From contig OZ024746.1 of NCBI GenBank assembly GCA_964016885.1, positions 93,186,001-93,250,000 on the forward strand: a stretch of 64,000 bases of DNA, written 5' to 3'. The notes below the pieces were generated by a model. It made no database searches. It was given only the letters and a program-made list of their open reading frames with translations, and was not told the origin of the DNA. The translations under genes were made by a program, and so were the position numbers. Source of the stretch: Eledone cirrhosa (Eukaryota). Shown one piece after another: positions 1 to 13,222 of this stretch (position 1 is the stretch's first letter; each line of letters starts with the position of its first letter).

Positions 1-303
1 GCAGTGGAATTGCACCTCTGTCCTGCAGTTTTATTTTACTTTAATAGAATGTGCTCCTAACTCAAGTGGCACCCCCTTCATGTGGTGCCCATGGCATGTG
101 ACATGCTTGCCATACCCTAGTTACATCTCTGGGTGTCTCTAATGATAGAAGCTATACAGACCTAGTTGTGTGATGATGTTTATTGTAAGAGAAGTTGGTA
201 TTGAAGGCTGTTTGGTGGTGGTAGATTATCTCTGCTTATGGAAGCAGTGCAGGTCTAACAAGAAGTCTTTGTGTGAGAATGAATGATGTCAGCAAGTAGA
301 AGT

Positions 304-516
304 TTAACCCTTTAGCATTCACATTACTCTATATATACTATTATATTTTCATGGTAAATGCTTTATCTCACATAATATTGAATTTATGAGATTTTGAAAG
401 TATTTATTTTGAGAACAATACCTATCATCAGTTTGAGTGACCAGTTACAGCCAGTTTCAACAGAAAGAGGTAGAGAATTCTGGACGGTTTTGGCCGGTTT
501 GAACATTAAAGGGTTA
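304..516 (+). mobile_element. piggyBac-type MITE family 1 (about 215-230 bp)
   Basis: TTAA|CCCTTTAGCATT...AAAGGG|TTAA. Other copies about 2227-2441, 7700-7877(-), 8349-8572(-), 13504-13700, 16005-16233, 18396-18516(-), 33631-33861, 34204-34431(-), 38425-38780, 63391-63768(-). Confidence 0.85.
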
Positions 517-753
517 AGGACATGACAGAAGTTATGATTAATAGAAATGCTGGCTTATATGACTCAATTTAAACTAAATTATATAATCATTTAAAAAGGG
601 AATAGAAATTATTGTATTGAATGTTTTCATAATTATCAAAATAATATCCCATGGAAGAAAAGTAGGTTTTGTAAAGAAAATTCTCCTGATTGAAATAGTC
701 ATTATTTCTGATGGATTTGTTTTTTAGTTAACTCTAAATAATCTCTCTTTCAG

Positions 754-887
754 GTGGATGCTATTGAGTTTTACACAGAAAATGAACTAAGACTTAGTAA
801 TGAAGTGGAGAGTGAAAAAGTTTGTGCCTATCAAAGACCTCTAGGAATGGCATTCCTTACTCTTGCTACTGATGTCATGGCTGAAAA
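754..887 (+). CDS. TMEM63: TMEM63/CSC1-like channel, internal exon A (gene begins upstream of window)
   Basis: ttttcAG acceptor, GTAAGT donor. VDAIEFYTENELRLSNEVESEKVCAYQRPLGMAFLTLATDVMAE(K) resembles recalled TMEM63B VEAIEYYT...KPLGMAFVTF. Ends phase 2. Confidence 0.93.
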
Positions 888-2515
888 GTAAGTTAATATT
901 GAAACATTAATCTGTTTACAACAGTGATTTTCAATGGCAGAAGTATAAGTACCTGGTTAGATGCTTTGAATTACTTCATTTTGTCATTCTATATTCCATC
1001 CTTTTATACCTTCAATGTCACTAAAATAAGTACCACACAGAGATTAAGATTGCCTGTATTGATTCCTATACAAATATGGCCTTGAACTAATGTAACGTTG
1101 ATATTTATCATGAGTGAAATGCTGTGAAATATGGATTAAATTGGTTGTGAGTAGATTGGGAGATAGTTTTGTTCCTTGATCAAAGCTATTTCATTTGCAC
1201 TTAGGAGAGGTAGTAATATGACACAATCTTAATCTCTGTCAGTATAAATCTTTGATATTGTATCTATGTTAAAAACTCACATGAATTCTTTCACAAACCA
1301 CCAGAATGAATTACAACACTCTTCAATTCCAGTATTTGAAGAAGTTCTGAATAATTTGAGTTGCACTTGTCTGACAAATAACTTGAACTGAGACCATGTG
1401 TTGAAACTAAAATAATTACTGTATGGAAAAGTCATTTTAGCCAATTAAAGTCAGAAAATCTGTTAAATTTATATTTATCATTTATTTCCTGGAGTAAAAA
1501 TTTTCATCACACTGTCTCCGACCTGGTCACTAAATATTAAGTAAATTTAAGTTTTTGTGTTTTTAAAAGGCTAAAATGACTCTTCCATGCAGAAATTGTG
1601 CTGAATAACTTTCTCCTGGAATGGAAGCTAACTGTACTTAGGTATTTTTTATTAGAAAGCTTTGTAAACAATTTCCAGCCAGATACAATAAAGGTATTTC
1701 TAACAAACTAATAAACCATGTAGAGACATCATCATTGGTTTATGTGTTGTTTATGTTGTTGTTTAGCTCCTGGAATTTACTGGGCTCTTTATCAGCTGTA
1801 CCCACCCCTAAACATGTATGGCCTTTTGCCTATATTAGAAACCATTCATTATACAGTATGGGCCATAAATCATGCACCAAAGCATTAAAAACAATTTATA
1901 CAATACAGTATAGATGTATATTGTATTGTATTAATAATAAAAAATTATATTAAAATAACAAAGATATCATTTTCATCATCCTATCATGTGATTTTAAGGG
2001 GCTGACTGAGTCCAATGGCTGATTTTTGCATGATTTAAGGCCTACCCTATACAAAACTTTTACTACTTATAGTGAATTATATATTTACAAATAGCTAAAA
2101 TGCTTTGAAGAAAATCAAGTATATTTTAACAATTATTTTGATTACTTTTATTAAAAACATCAATCAGTCTAATCTTCTGGAGATAATATTGCAGATGATG
2201 TAAAACACTTCCAAATAGTAATGCAGTAACCCTTTACCATTTACATTACTCTATATTTACTATTATATTTTCATGGTAAAGGCTTTCTCTCACATAATAT
2301 CGAATTTATAAGATTTTGATATTATTTATTTTGAGAACAATCCCTTAACATCAATATGGGCAGCCAGTTACAGCCGGTTTGAACAGAAATAGGTGAGATA
2401 ATTCTGGCTAGATATGGCTGGCTTAAATGTTAAAGGGTTAAATTTGATTAATTATTTTTTATTGTTTTGCCTCATAGTTTCCTGAAAGCCCATCTTTCTT
2501 TCTTATATTTATTAG

Positions 2516-2641
2516 GGTACACCAAGACTTCCAAGCTATTTGTCAAGGAATCCATAATTCAGCTGTATCTACTGTCAGTACTGAAATTGGAGTTGGTAAC
2601 TGGGAGATATCTTATGCTCCATCACCAGGTAACATTTATTG
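2516..2641 (+). CDS. TMEM63: TMEM63 exon B
   Basis: attAG/GTAAGG, phase 2-2. VHQDFQAICQGIHNSAVSTVSTEIGVGNWEISYAPSPGNIY(W) matches the NWxVSYAPxPxNIYW motif. Confidence 0.93.
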
Positions 2642-3179
2642 GTAAGGAAATTCACCTGTTTTTTGTTCTTTATGTTGTGTGTGAAGGCCTTTAGTCAGTA
2701 AAACACAAAGCTTAAAATAATTTTACCGTTAAAGATAAAATAATAGTATGCATTAATTATTATTTTTTTGTTGCAATAACTCAATACTTTCTGACAGTTG
2801 TAAATATTATCAAGGGGTCAGTCACTAAAGTTCATATGTATTAAAGAATCCAAATGTAGGACTGGCAATATTGGTAGAGCATCGGGCACCATGCTTTGCA
2901 GCATAGTAATGACACTTTACGTTCTGAGTTCAAATCCTGCCGAGGTTAACTTTTCCTTTCATCCTTATCAGGGTCAATAACATAAAGCACCAGTAATGTA
3001 CTGGGGTAATTGCTGGCCTTGTGCCAAAGGTAGTTATTTATACACTCTTTAGTTTCTAATATCCAGTTAATGTGGTGTGGTAAATAAATATATACATGTA
3101 CACCAGGTCTGAACACAATGGAACCAAACTCCCACTGCCTCCATCTCTCCCACTCACTCCATCGCCTACTGTTATAAGC

Positions 3180-3362
3180 AAATGGGGGCCCATGCGCTGG
3201 TCACCCTACAGCGCCGGTGGATAGAATAGAGAAGGATTTCCCTGGAGGAGGATGAGGGAGATGTGCTGGAAGAGCTATTCCAGCTTGCGAGTAGCCAACT
3301 CTATGCTGATGGTATTGAGTAGGGAGGTGTTACTAGAGCCAAGGTCACCAGAAGTCTCCACA
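3180..3362 (-). mobile_element. CRE-type endonuclease C-terminal fragment
   Basis: VETSGDLG...LFQHISLILLQGN; DNA at 3317-3361 resembles 35906-35950. Confidence 0.6.
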
Positions 3363-3914
3363 CTTCTGCCTACTTTTTATGTCTCCAGGTGTAATTTACC
3401 TGATTTTCTCAACTACTATACATAATGAAGGCAAATGGCTTAGTGGTTAGAGCATTGGGCTTACAATCGTGAGGTTGTGAGTTCGATTCTCGGACCAGGT
3501 TGTGACCAAATGGGGTCTTTACCCTATATATAATGATCCAACCTATGCAAGTGTGGAAAAATGGACGTAGAAACGATGATAATCATGATAATCAACTATT
3601 ATTATAGTCATTTATGTTGGCAGACACACATTTTAAATTTCATCAATGGTTCTTAAGTCAACTGATGTTTTCTGTATTAGACTAAAAAGAAGGTAATTAG
3701 ATCATGGCTAAAAGTTATTTTAGCCATTTAAGACACACAAAAATTGTTAAATTCTTTTTACATTTATTATATATTTCTTTGTGTCAAAATTTGTATCCAC
3801 TGTATCAAAACCAAGTCGCAAACAGTGTGACAGAAATGTTGGCACTAATAAATAAATAAATTTAAAGTGAATTTAACAGCATTGTGTGTTTCTGAATGGC
3901 TCAAATTATACTTC

Positions 3915-5945
3915 CAAGTTACTTGCCACAGCACAACTTAGGGTCTTAGATCAAGTTACTTACCACAGTACAACATACAGTCTCAGATCAAGTTACTTAC
4001 CACAGTACAACATACAGTCTCAGATCAAGTTACTTACCACAGTACAACATACAGTCTCAGATCAAGTTACTTGCCACAGTACAACATAGTCTCAGATCAA
4101 GTTACTTGCCACAGTACAACATACAGTCTCAGATCAAGTTACTTACCACAGAGCAACATACAGTCTCAGATCAAGTTACTTGCCACAGTACAACATACAG
4201 TCTCAGATCAAGTTACTTGCCACAGTACAACATACAGTCTCAGATCAAGTTACTTACCACAGAGCAACATACAGTCTCAGATCAAGTTACTTACCACAGA
4301 GCAACATACAATCTCAGATCAAGTTACTTACCACAGTACAACATACAGTCTCAGATCAAGTTACTTACCACAGAGCAACATACAATCTCAGATCAAGTTA
4401 CTTACCACAGAGCAACATACAATCTCAGATCAAGTTACTTACCACAGAGCAACATACAATCTCAGATCAAGTTACTTACCACAGAGCAACATACAATCTC
4501 AGATCAAGTTACTTACCACAGAGCAACATACAATCTCAGATCAAGTTACTTGCCACAGAGCAACATACAGTCTCAGATCAAGTTACTTACCACAGAGCAA
4601 CATACAGTCTCAGATCAAGTTACTTACCACAGAGCAACATACAGTCTCAGATCAAGTTACTTACCACAGAGCAACATACAGTCTCAGATCAAGTTACTTG
4701 CCACAGAGCAACATACAGTCTCAGATCAAGTTACTTACCACAGAGCAACATACAGTCTCAGATCAAGTTACTTACCACAGAGCAACATACAGTCTCAGAT
4801 CAAGTTACTTACCACAGAGCAACATACAGTCTCAGATCAAGTTACTTACCACAGAGCAACATACAATCTCAGATCAAGTTACTTACCACAGTACAACATA
4901 CAGTCTCAGATCAAGTTACTTACCACAGAGCAACATACAGTCTCACATCAAGTTACTTACCACAGAGCAACATACAATCTCAGATCAAGTTACTTACCAC
5001 AGAGCAACATACAATCTCAGATCAAGTTACTTACCACAGAGCAACATACAATCTCAGATCAAGTTACTTGCCACAGTACAACATACAGTCTCAGATCAAG
5101 TTACTTACCACAGAGCAACATACAGTCTCAGATCAAGTTACTTACCACAGAGCAACATACAATCTCAGATCAAGTTACTTACCACAGAGCAACATACAGT
5201 CTCAGATCAAGTTACTTACCACAGAGCAACATACAGTCTCAGATCAAGTTACTTACCACAGAGCAACATACAATCTCAGATCAAGTTACTTACCACAGAG
5301 CAACATACAGTCTCAGATCAAGTTACTTGCCACAGAGCAACATACAGTCTCAGATCAAGTTACTTGCCACAGTACAACATACAGTCTCAGATCAAGTTAC
5401 TTACCACAGTACAACATACAGTCTCAGATCAAGTTACTTACCACAGAGCAACATACAGTCTCAGATCAAGTTACTTACCACAGAGCAACATACAGTCTCA
5501 GATCAAGTTACTTACCACAGAGCAACATACAATCTCAGATCAAGTTACTTACCACAGAGCAACATACAGTCTCAGATCAAGTTACTTGCCACAGAGCAAC
5601 ATACAGTCTCAGATCAAGTTACTTACCACAGAGCAACATACAGTCTCAGATCAAGTTACTTACCACAGAGCAACATACAGTCTCAGATCAAGTTACTTGC
5701 CACAGTACAACATACAGTCTCAGATCAAGTTACTTACCACAGTACAACATACAGTCTCAGATCAAGTTACTTACCACAGAGCAACATACAATCTCAGATC
5801 AAGTTACTTACCACAGAGCAACATACAGTCTCAGATCAAGTTACTTACCACAGAGCAACATACAATCTCAGATCAAGTTACTTACCACAGAGCAACATAC
5901 AATCTCAGATCAAGTTACCAGAGTACAACATAGTCTTAGATGTGG
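3915..5945. repeat. 37-bp minisatellite, about 54 copies
   Basis: Unit CAGTCTCAGATCAAGTTACTTACCACAGAGCAACATA with three biallelic sites. Confidence 0.97.
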
Positions 5946-6435
5946 CACGTATACATGTTTCATTCAGTTTTCTATTATTCCTCTGATGGAGCCATAAATA
6001 TTAAAAGCTATACACTAAATAGTGATTCAACCATCTATACACTTCCTTCTTGTACCCAATAAAAAGAAATTATCATCATCATCATCTTAGGTCTATTTTC
6101 CACGTTAGCAAGGGTTAGACAGGTTGCCCTGTTCTGGGTAATGTTAGGTCTGGTGACCATGTCTTGTACACACGTAACTGATTTGGGTTTGGTTTCTACA
6201 GCTGGATGCTCTTCCTAATGCCAAACTCATTTACAGTAATGTCACCTACACGACCACTTTACATATGTGTTAAAATAGCTCTCCTCACTACTACTACGAT
6301 TTAAATTTAAACAAGTTATATTTCTGGCATTTAGTGATATTAATTTATCTTTCTGTAAGAGCAGTAGATTAGCAGAGTCACTTGAACATTGGACAAATGC
6401 TTGGCACTATTTGATCCAGGTCTTTACTTTTTGTA

Positions 6436-6787
6436 CACGACCACTTTACAGTGTGGACTGGGTGCTTTTTGTGGTGACACCTACATGACCACTTTACAGT
6501 GTGGACTGGGTGCTTTTTGTGATGACACCTACATGACCACTTTACAGTCTGGACTGGGTGCTTTTTGTGGTGACACCTACATGACCACTTTACAGTGTGG
6601 ACTGGGTGCTTTTTGTGGTGACACCTACATGACCACTTTACAGTGTGGACTGGGTGCTTTTTGTGGTGACACCTACATGACCACTTTACAGTGTGGACTG
6701 GGTGCTTTTTGTGGTGACACCTACATGACCACTTTACAGTGTGGACTGGGTGCTTTTTGTGGTGACACCTACATGACCACTTTACAA
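6436..6787. repeat. 48-bp minisatellite, about 7 copies, SINE-module derived
   Basis: Unit ACCACTTTACAGTGTGGACTGGGTGCTTTTTGTGGTGACACCTACATG. Confidence 0.95.
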
Positions 6788-6822
6788 TGAGTATTTATAT
6801 AATTTTTTGTTCTTCTTTTTAG

Positions 6823-6976
6823 GGAAAACCTGTCGATTCCAGTATGGAACTGGTGGATACGAGTGATTCTAATCAATACAGTTCTCACTGTACTTTTATT
6901 TTTTCTAACTACGCCAGCTATTGTGATGAACCAACTTAATGAAATAAATTATAAGAGAGCTTTTGAAGATCTACAT
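6823..6976 (+). CDS. TMEM63: TMEM63 exon C
   Basis: Polypyrimidine tract + AG, GTAAGT donor. ENLSIPVWNWWIRVILINTVLTVLLFFLTTPAIVMNQLNEINYKRAFEDLH contains the LFFLTTPAI signature. Confidence 0.95.
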
Positions 6977-8638
6977 GTAAGTATAAAATCTTCTCTGTCT
7001 GTCTCTTTCTCATGCTTTTCTATTATTTTGTTCTAGTCTTTTAATCATCACTTTTTCCCTGCTGACATGCATGGCCTAATGGTTAGGGTATTGGACTCCT
7101 GATTTGGTCATAGGTTTGATTCCTACACCAGGTAGCATGTCGTATTCTTATGTAAGACAATTTATTTCTAATTGCCCTATCATTAAACCACCCAAGAAAC
7201 CTAAGAGGTGCAATCTCATAAGAAGCCAGCTAAACCTGCAGAGGTGTTAACTGTAAATTTCATGTGTTTGCTTCAGGAAGGGCATCTAGACATAGAAATC
7301 CCATATGAGCAAGGCAAAATTCTCCAATCTATCCAGTCTCTGCCAATATGGAAAGTGGATTTAAAATGATAATTGTTTCTACTTTAGGCACAAGGCCAGC
7401 AAATACCCAGTACATTACTGGTACTTTATTTTACCTCCCTCGGCGGGATTTGAACTCAGATCATAAAGGGATGTGACTCTATGCATCAAAGTATTGTGTC
7501 CGACCCTCTACCGATACTGCCAATCTACATTGTGATTGATTTGTATTTACAGTCAAAACACGGACCCGATATGTGTAAGGTACAGCTTGCCATTTGGCCA
7601 GACTTAGCTCATAACAGGACCACCTAGTAACATGTCTCCACTATGAGTAAGGCATAGCGTGGCCAGACCCTCCACATAATGGTGCCACCGAGTTCCAGAA
7701 TTCTCTCGCCTCTTTCTGTTTAAACCGGCTGTAACTGGCCACTCATACCGATGTTAAGGTATTGTTCTCAAAATAAATAGTATCAAAATCTCATAGATTC
7801 GATATTATGTGAAATAACAGTATTTACTGTGAAAATATAATAGTAAATATAGAGTAATATAAATGCTGAAGGGTTAAACTCAGAGCCTTTATTACCAAAT
7901 GAAAAGTATCATCACCACCATCATCATCACCACCATCATCATCACCACCATCATCATCAGCACCTATCATCATCAGCCTCACCACCATCATCATCAGCCT
8001 CACCACCATCGTCATCAACCTCACCACTATCATCATCATCATCACTGTTTAACATCCATTTTCCATGCTTAGATGTCCTAGTTATCAGACATGTCTCAAT
8101 CAAATAATTTTATTTAACTCTTAAACTTGTGCTACATAAAACCACATTAGAAAGACATTCTTCAAAAGTATAAAGCAGCATTATGACTTCATTGGATTAA
8201 AAATTGAAGTCTTTATTATATTAATACTGCAAGTATTCAGAATAATCTATCCCCTTGTAAAAATACTATAAACTTTTGAATTAACAAACCCATCTTTGGG
8301 ATATTTTAGAGTTGATGAAAATGGTGAACAAAACAGTAATCATATATTTAACCCCTTAGCATTTAAACTGGCCATATTCGGCCAGAATTCTCTCACTTTC
8401 TTCTGTTCAAACTGGCCCCAACTGGCTCCTCATACTGACATTATGGTATTGTTCTCAAAATAAATATCAAAATCTCATAGATTTGATATTATGAGATAAT
8501 TATGTGAGGTAAAGCCTTTACCGTGAAAATACAATAGTAAATATAGAGTAATGTAAATGTTAATGGTTTAAACTACAATATATAAACAGTTGTCTGTGAA
8601 TAAAAAAAAGAATAATGATGTTTTTGTTGTATTTTCAG

Positions 8639-8745
8639 AGTGAATTAATGGTACAATTTGTACCTACATTACTTATATGGACAGTCTCAGCTATTCTACC
8701 TATAATTGTTTATTATTCGGACCAGTATATTGGTTACTGGACAAG
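8639..8745 (+). CDS. TMEM63: TMEM63 exon D
   Basis: ttttcAG/GTAAAG. SELMVQFVPTLLIWTVSAILPIIVYYSDQYIGYWT(R); phases join C and E. Confidence 0.95.
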
Positions 8746-8951
8746 GTAAAGGTTTTTTCTTTTTCTAATAGTTCCATTTCCAATTTTCTATTTATTTACC
8801 ATCCATATATAAATATCTGCGATTCTGTCACAACACAGAGAGAGGAGTAATTTGACTACCTCATACTACTACTCTCTCTTTACGTCTGCTGTCTGCGTGA
8901 ATGTATGTGTGTGAAACAGGAAGTGTTTGTATGTTTATATTTATGTAGTCA

Positions 8952-9287
8952 TGGAGGCACATGGCTTAGTGGTTAGAGCATTGGCCTTGCAATCGAAAGG
9001 TTGTGAGTTCAATTCTCAGACCGGGTGATGTATTGTTTCCTTGAGCAAGACACTTTATTTCACATTGCTCTACTTTACTCAACTGTAGAAATGAGATGAT
9101 AGGACTGGGGTCCCTATCATACCACTGCAAAGTGGTCGTGGAGGTGCCACGGCAAAAAAGCACCCGGCCCACACTGTAAATGAGGTTGGTGTTAGGAAGG
9201 GCATTCAGCTGTAGAAATCAAGCCAGAATCAGTTCCCATCCCACCCTTGCAAGCAGGGAAAAGCGGACTTATGATGATGATGATGAT
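8952..9287 (+). mobile_element. tRNA-derived SINE family B (CORE-like centre, (GAT)n tail)
   Basis: TGGCTTAGTGGTTAGAGC A-box, GAGTTCAATTC B-box, CCTTGAGCAAGACACTTTA core. Near-identical copies about 12243-12570(-), 45615-45987, 57138-57488(-); related heads near 15560, 20443, 21120, 55975, 60778. Confidence 0.85.
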
Positions 9288-9379
9288 ACATATAAACGTA
9301 TGCATATGCACATACACATATGTGTGAGCATATGGGAAAAATTCTAGTTACTTAAAGTAGACCAAGGCTGTCACCCTGT

Positions 9380-9619
9380 TTAACCCTTTTAATACCAATA
9401 TGCCCCAAACCACCTCTGGTTCAATGAAACAAAACCACTCATTTTAAAGGGTTTCTATGTAAATTTAAATCTTGCAACATAATGTTGTATAAGAACCATA
9501 TGTTAAGATACTATCTTAGTAATGAAATAATTAATAATTTTAGCAAATCCCCAAAAATTATTTGTTAATTAATCAAACTAGAATGTATTTCATTGGAAAT
9601 ATGATCATGAAAGGGTTAA
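9380..9619 (+). mobile_element. piggyBac-type MITE family 2 (about 235 bp)
   Basis: TTAA|CCCTTT...AAAGGG|TTAA with a different interior. Copies about 17898-18341, 38107-38338, 60291-60530(-), 62481-62711(-). Confidence 0.8.
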
Positions 9620-9754
9620 CACTACAACCTGGTCCTTAGTTGCCTTTAGCAGAGTTGACTTTGTTGTAAACATTTAGAACAGGCATCATATTCATTTTAG
9701 ACATAGACAACAAGGGCTTGGTAAAAGATAGCTTCTGCTAGGGTGTCTTATTAT

Positions 9755-10288
9755 TAACACACCATATGATTCTAAGACACTAGACAAAGGGGATTCTTAA
9801 CTTTGACATATAGTTTGACACAACACCAAAGGGGTTCTTATCTCTGTCACACCATATGGCACTAGACAAAGGTTGTCTTATCTCTGACACACCATATGAC
9901 ACTAGACAAAGAGTATCTTATCTCTAACACACCATATGACACTAGACAAAGGTTGTCTTATCTTATCTCTGACATACCATATGACACTAGACGAAGGTTG
10001 TCTTATCTCTGTCACACCATATGACACTAGACAAAGGTTGTCTTATCTCTGACACACCATATGACACTAGACAAAGGTTGTCTTATCTCTGACACACCAT
10101 ATGACACTAGACAAAGGTTGTCTTATCTCTGGCACACTATATGGCACTAGACAAAGAGTGTCTTATCTCTGACACACTATATGACACTAGACAAAGGGTG
10201 TCTTATCTCTGTCACACCATATGACACTAGACAAAGGGTGTCTTATCTCTGTCACACCATATGACACTAGACAAAGGGTGTCTTATCT
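9755..10288. repeat. 40-bp minisatellite, about 13 copies
   Basis: Unit GACACTAGACAAAGGTTGTCTTATCTCTGACACACCATAT. Confidence 0.95.
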
Positions 10289-10455
10289 TGAAAGAGTTAA
10301 TGAGCTTGAAATTCTGAAAACCAACTGTTCCCACCTCTTTCACTTTCCATACTATTGCCAGCAATTATGATCTACTGTTTTGATATTGAATAACAAGAAG
10401 TCCATTTTGGTAGTTGTTTCTTTCTTATAATAATTTTCTCTAATCTTTATTCCAG

Positions 10456-10542
10456 GAGTGCTGAGCATCATGCTGTGATGAGAAAAACATTTATCTTCCT
10501 TGTTTTTATGGTTCTGATATTGCCTTCCTTAGGACTTACCAG
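10456..10542 (+). CDS. TMEM63: TMEM63 exon E
   Basis: tccAG/GTATAT. SAEHHAVMRKTFIFLVFMVLILPSLGLT(S) contains the FMVLxLPSLGL signature. Confidence 0.95.
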
Positions 10543-11816
10543 GTATATGAAACTGCCACCTTTGATCTTCATATTATTATGTCTGCATATGTTATTTCGT
10601 TACTAACTTCTATGTCTATACCTGTTATCCTCCTCCTCCGCCTCTTCTTCTGTCTGTTTTCCTTGCTAGCAAGTGGTGGATGGGTTGTCACAGACCTAGC
10701 CAGTACTTAATCAGAATTACTAACCTCTCAGATTGCTGGGTAGGAGGCTACATTTCACTTATATAAATTCCCCATCTACAGAGTGTGCTGGAAGCTTTAA
10801 TTGGAGCAGCAGTATGAGAGAAATGTTTATGTCTTTGACACAGCTGAAGAGTCCACCCAACCCTTTGTTTTGAAATTTTTTTATGGTTGGATGCTGGGTA
10901 CATTTTATTGTATCACCAACACTAGAGAGGTTACCATGTCCTTGATACACATGAAGGATCCTCAGAACCCTATTTATTTTGCTTATACAATACACAATGA
11001 AGGCGTGTGGCTTTGTGGTTAGGGTATTCAGTTCTCAATCGTAAGGTCATGAATTTGATTCCAGGTGGCGCATTGTGTTCTTCAGCAAGTCACTTGATTT
11101 CATGTTGCTCCAGTCACTCAGCTTGTCACGTTTGGTGTCACGCTGAATCTCCATGAGAACTACATTAAGGGAACATGTGTCTGTGGAATGCTCAGCCACT
11201 TGCACGTTAATTTCATGAGCAGGCTGTTCGGTTGATCGGATCAATTGGAACACACATCATTGTCACCGACAAAGTGACATCCACAATACACTCTGTAAAA
11301 TAGTAGTGCTGATGCCATAATTAAATGCACCCAATACACACTGTAAAGTAGTTGCTATTGGAAAGGGCATTCAGCCATAGAAAACATGCCAAAATGGATC
11401 ATATGAGCAAGACATGGTCATCCGATCTGTCTAGTCTCAGACTGTGTCAACCTATCCAACCCATCCCAGTATGGAAAATGGACGTAAAATGGTGATAATT
11501 TGGCTGCTAGTTCTAGCTTCTAACAAGTCAAACTTGAGTTAGCTCCATATTGTACTTCTGTTCAGTTTGATGTTATTAATAAACTCAATTCTGTGTCCTC
11601 TCCTACCCCACTCCTACTGTGTCCATAAACTGGAAAAGCTTAACATTTATTTCATCATCTGCTCCACTTATCACTTAATGTTAACTATTTAATGTGTCCT
11701 GATAGAATCAGTTTCACTCCAATTAGGCAAGTATTTAGAGCAGTGACTAGGTTGGTATTTTGACATACAGCTATTTTTTTCAATTATTCAATATTTATTT
11801 AATGAATTTCAATGTC

Positions 11817-11971
11817 TGTATAGAGCTAGTGATCCATGATAGACTAGGAGAGGTATCTAATATCCCTTTTATAGAGCTAGTGAGCCATGACAGGCTAGGA
11901 GAGGTATCTAATAGCCCTTATATAGAGCTAGTGAGCCACGGCAGATGAGGAGGGGTATCTAATAGCCCTTA
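11817..11971. repeat. About 51-bp tandem repeat, 3 copies
   Basis: TATAGAGCTAGTGAGCCATGACAGGCTAGGAGAGGTATCTAATAGCCCTT repeated. Confidence 0.85.
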
Positions 11972-12868
11972 CAATTAAGAAACAAAAACAAGAGTGAGTC
12001 AGAAAGAAAAGAAAGATAAAGGAAACAGGAGGCAAAAGAAGCATAAACAAATTTTTAAAAAGGTGAAAAACAAAGACAACTGTGAAGCAACTAAAGGTTT
12101 CTTTTGTTCAATCTTTTCATAACCTCCATTATACCGAAAGAGCTTGTTTATAGTTGATAGATATATGACAATATATTGTATCTCCAATCTTGATAGTTTT
12201 TTAACTGTGTATGTGCATATGCATACATTCATATGTATGAGTATCATCATCATCATCATTTTACGTCTGCTTTTCCCTGCTTGCAAGGGTGGGACGGGAA
12301 CTGATTCTGGCTTGATTTCTACAGCTAGATGCCCTTCCTAACACCAACCTCATTTACAGTGAGTGCTGGGTGCTTTTTTTTCTGTGGTGCCTACATGTCC
12401 ACTTTACAATGTGGGCTGGGTGCTTTTTTGCTGTGGCACCTCCACGACTACTTTGCAGTGGATTGATAGGGACCTCAGTCAAGGAAACAACACATCACCC
12501 GGTCTGAGAATTGAACTCACAACCTTTCGATTGCAAGCCCAATGCTCTAACCACTAAGCCATGTGCCTCCATATATAAATATAAATGCGCAAACACAGAC
12601 ACACTTACAAAAATACACACTGTCATACATTCACAAATGCACACACACATTTACAAACATACACTCATACAGCATAGCAAATGGAACACAAGCTGCTGTT
12701 TTGCTATAGTTTTTCATCTTTCTCTTCCTTTACACACACATACATTCGCACAAACACACATGCACACATTGTGGGACGGATGGCGGGAAGTCACTCAAAT
12801 TTATATATATATTTTTGTTATCAGTGTAAAGTGAATGTAGATGTTATCAGTTGTTTTTTCTCTTTCAG

Positions 12869-12925
12869 TGTTAAAGCCTTACTTGAATGGGCAGTAAAAG
12901 ACAAACAACACCGCTACAGATGGCA
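12869..12925 (+). CDS. TMEM63: TMEM63 exon F
   Basis: tctttcAG/GTAAGT, 57 nt, phase 2-2. VKALLEWAVKDKQHRYRW(Q). Confidence 0.9.
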
Positions 12926-13096
12926 GTAAGTGATCTTAATTCTGTTATGTATGTATGGGCCTGTAACATTTGGTGGAGTCATATAGGTGCCATAGTCATA
13001 GTACAGCATTTCTTTGGTATTTTTAAAACCTGGTGGAGCCCACTCCTCTCTAGGTCTGAACATAGCTGATTTCTTCCAGAGAAGAAGAGAAAGTGA

Positions 13097-13222
13097 TAGA
13101 GAAATTAGCAGAAGAATTGACTTCTGGTATTGTTTTATTGACTTTCATGGAGAAATTAGCAGAAGAATTGGCCTCTTGTATTGTTTTATTGACTTCCATG
13201 GAGAAATTAGCAGAAGAATCGA
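13097..13222. repeat. 51-bp tandem repeat, about 2.5 copies
   Basis: GAGAAATTAGCAGAAGAAT occurs three times at 51-nt spacing. Confidence 0.85.

Noticed and set aside
4071-5997. Three 605-626-aa ORFs
   Set aside because: Translation of a stop-free 37-bp minisatellite inside a TMEM63 intron; non-ATG starts and the same peptide in all frames.
6389-6790. Cys-rich 16-aa repeat protein
   Set aside because: Translation of a 48-bp SINE-derived array.
3915-10288. CRISPR-like appearance of the 37-, 48- and 40-bp arrays
   Set aside because: Units are head-to-tail with no unique spacers, no cas genes, and the context is a spliced eukaryotic gene.
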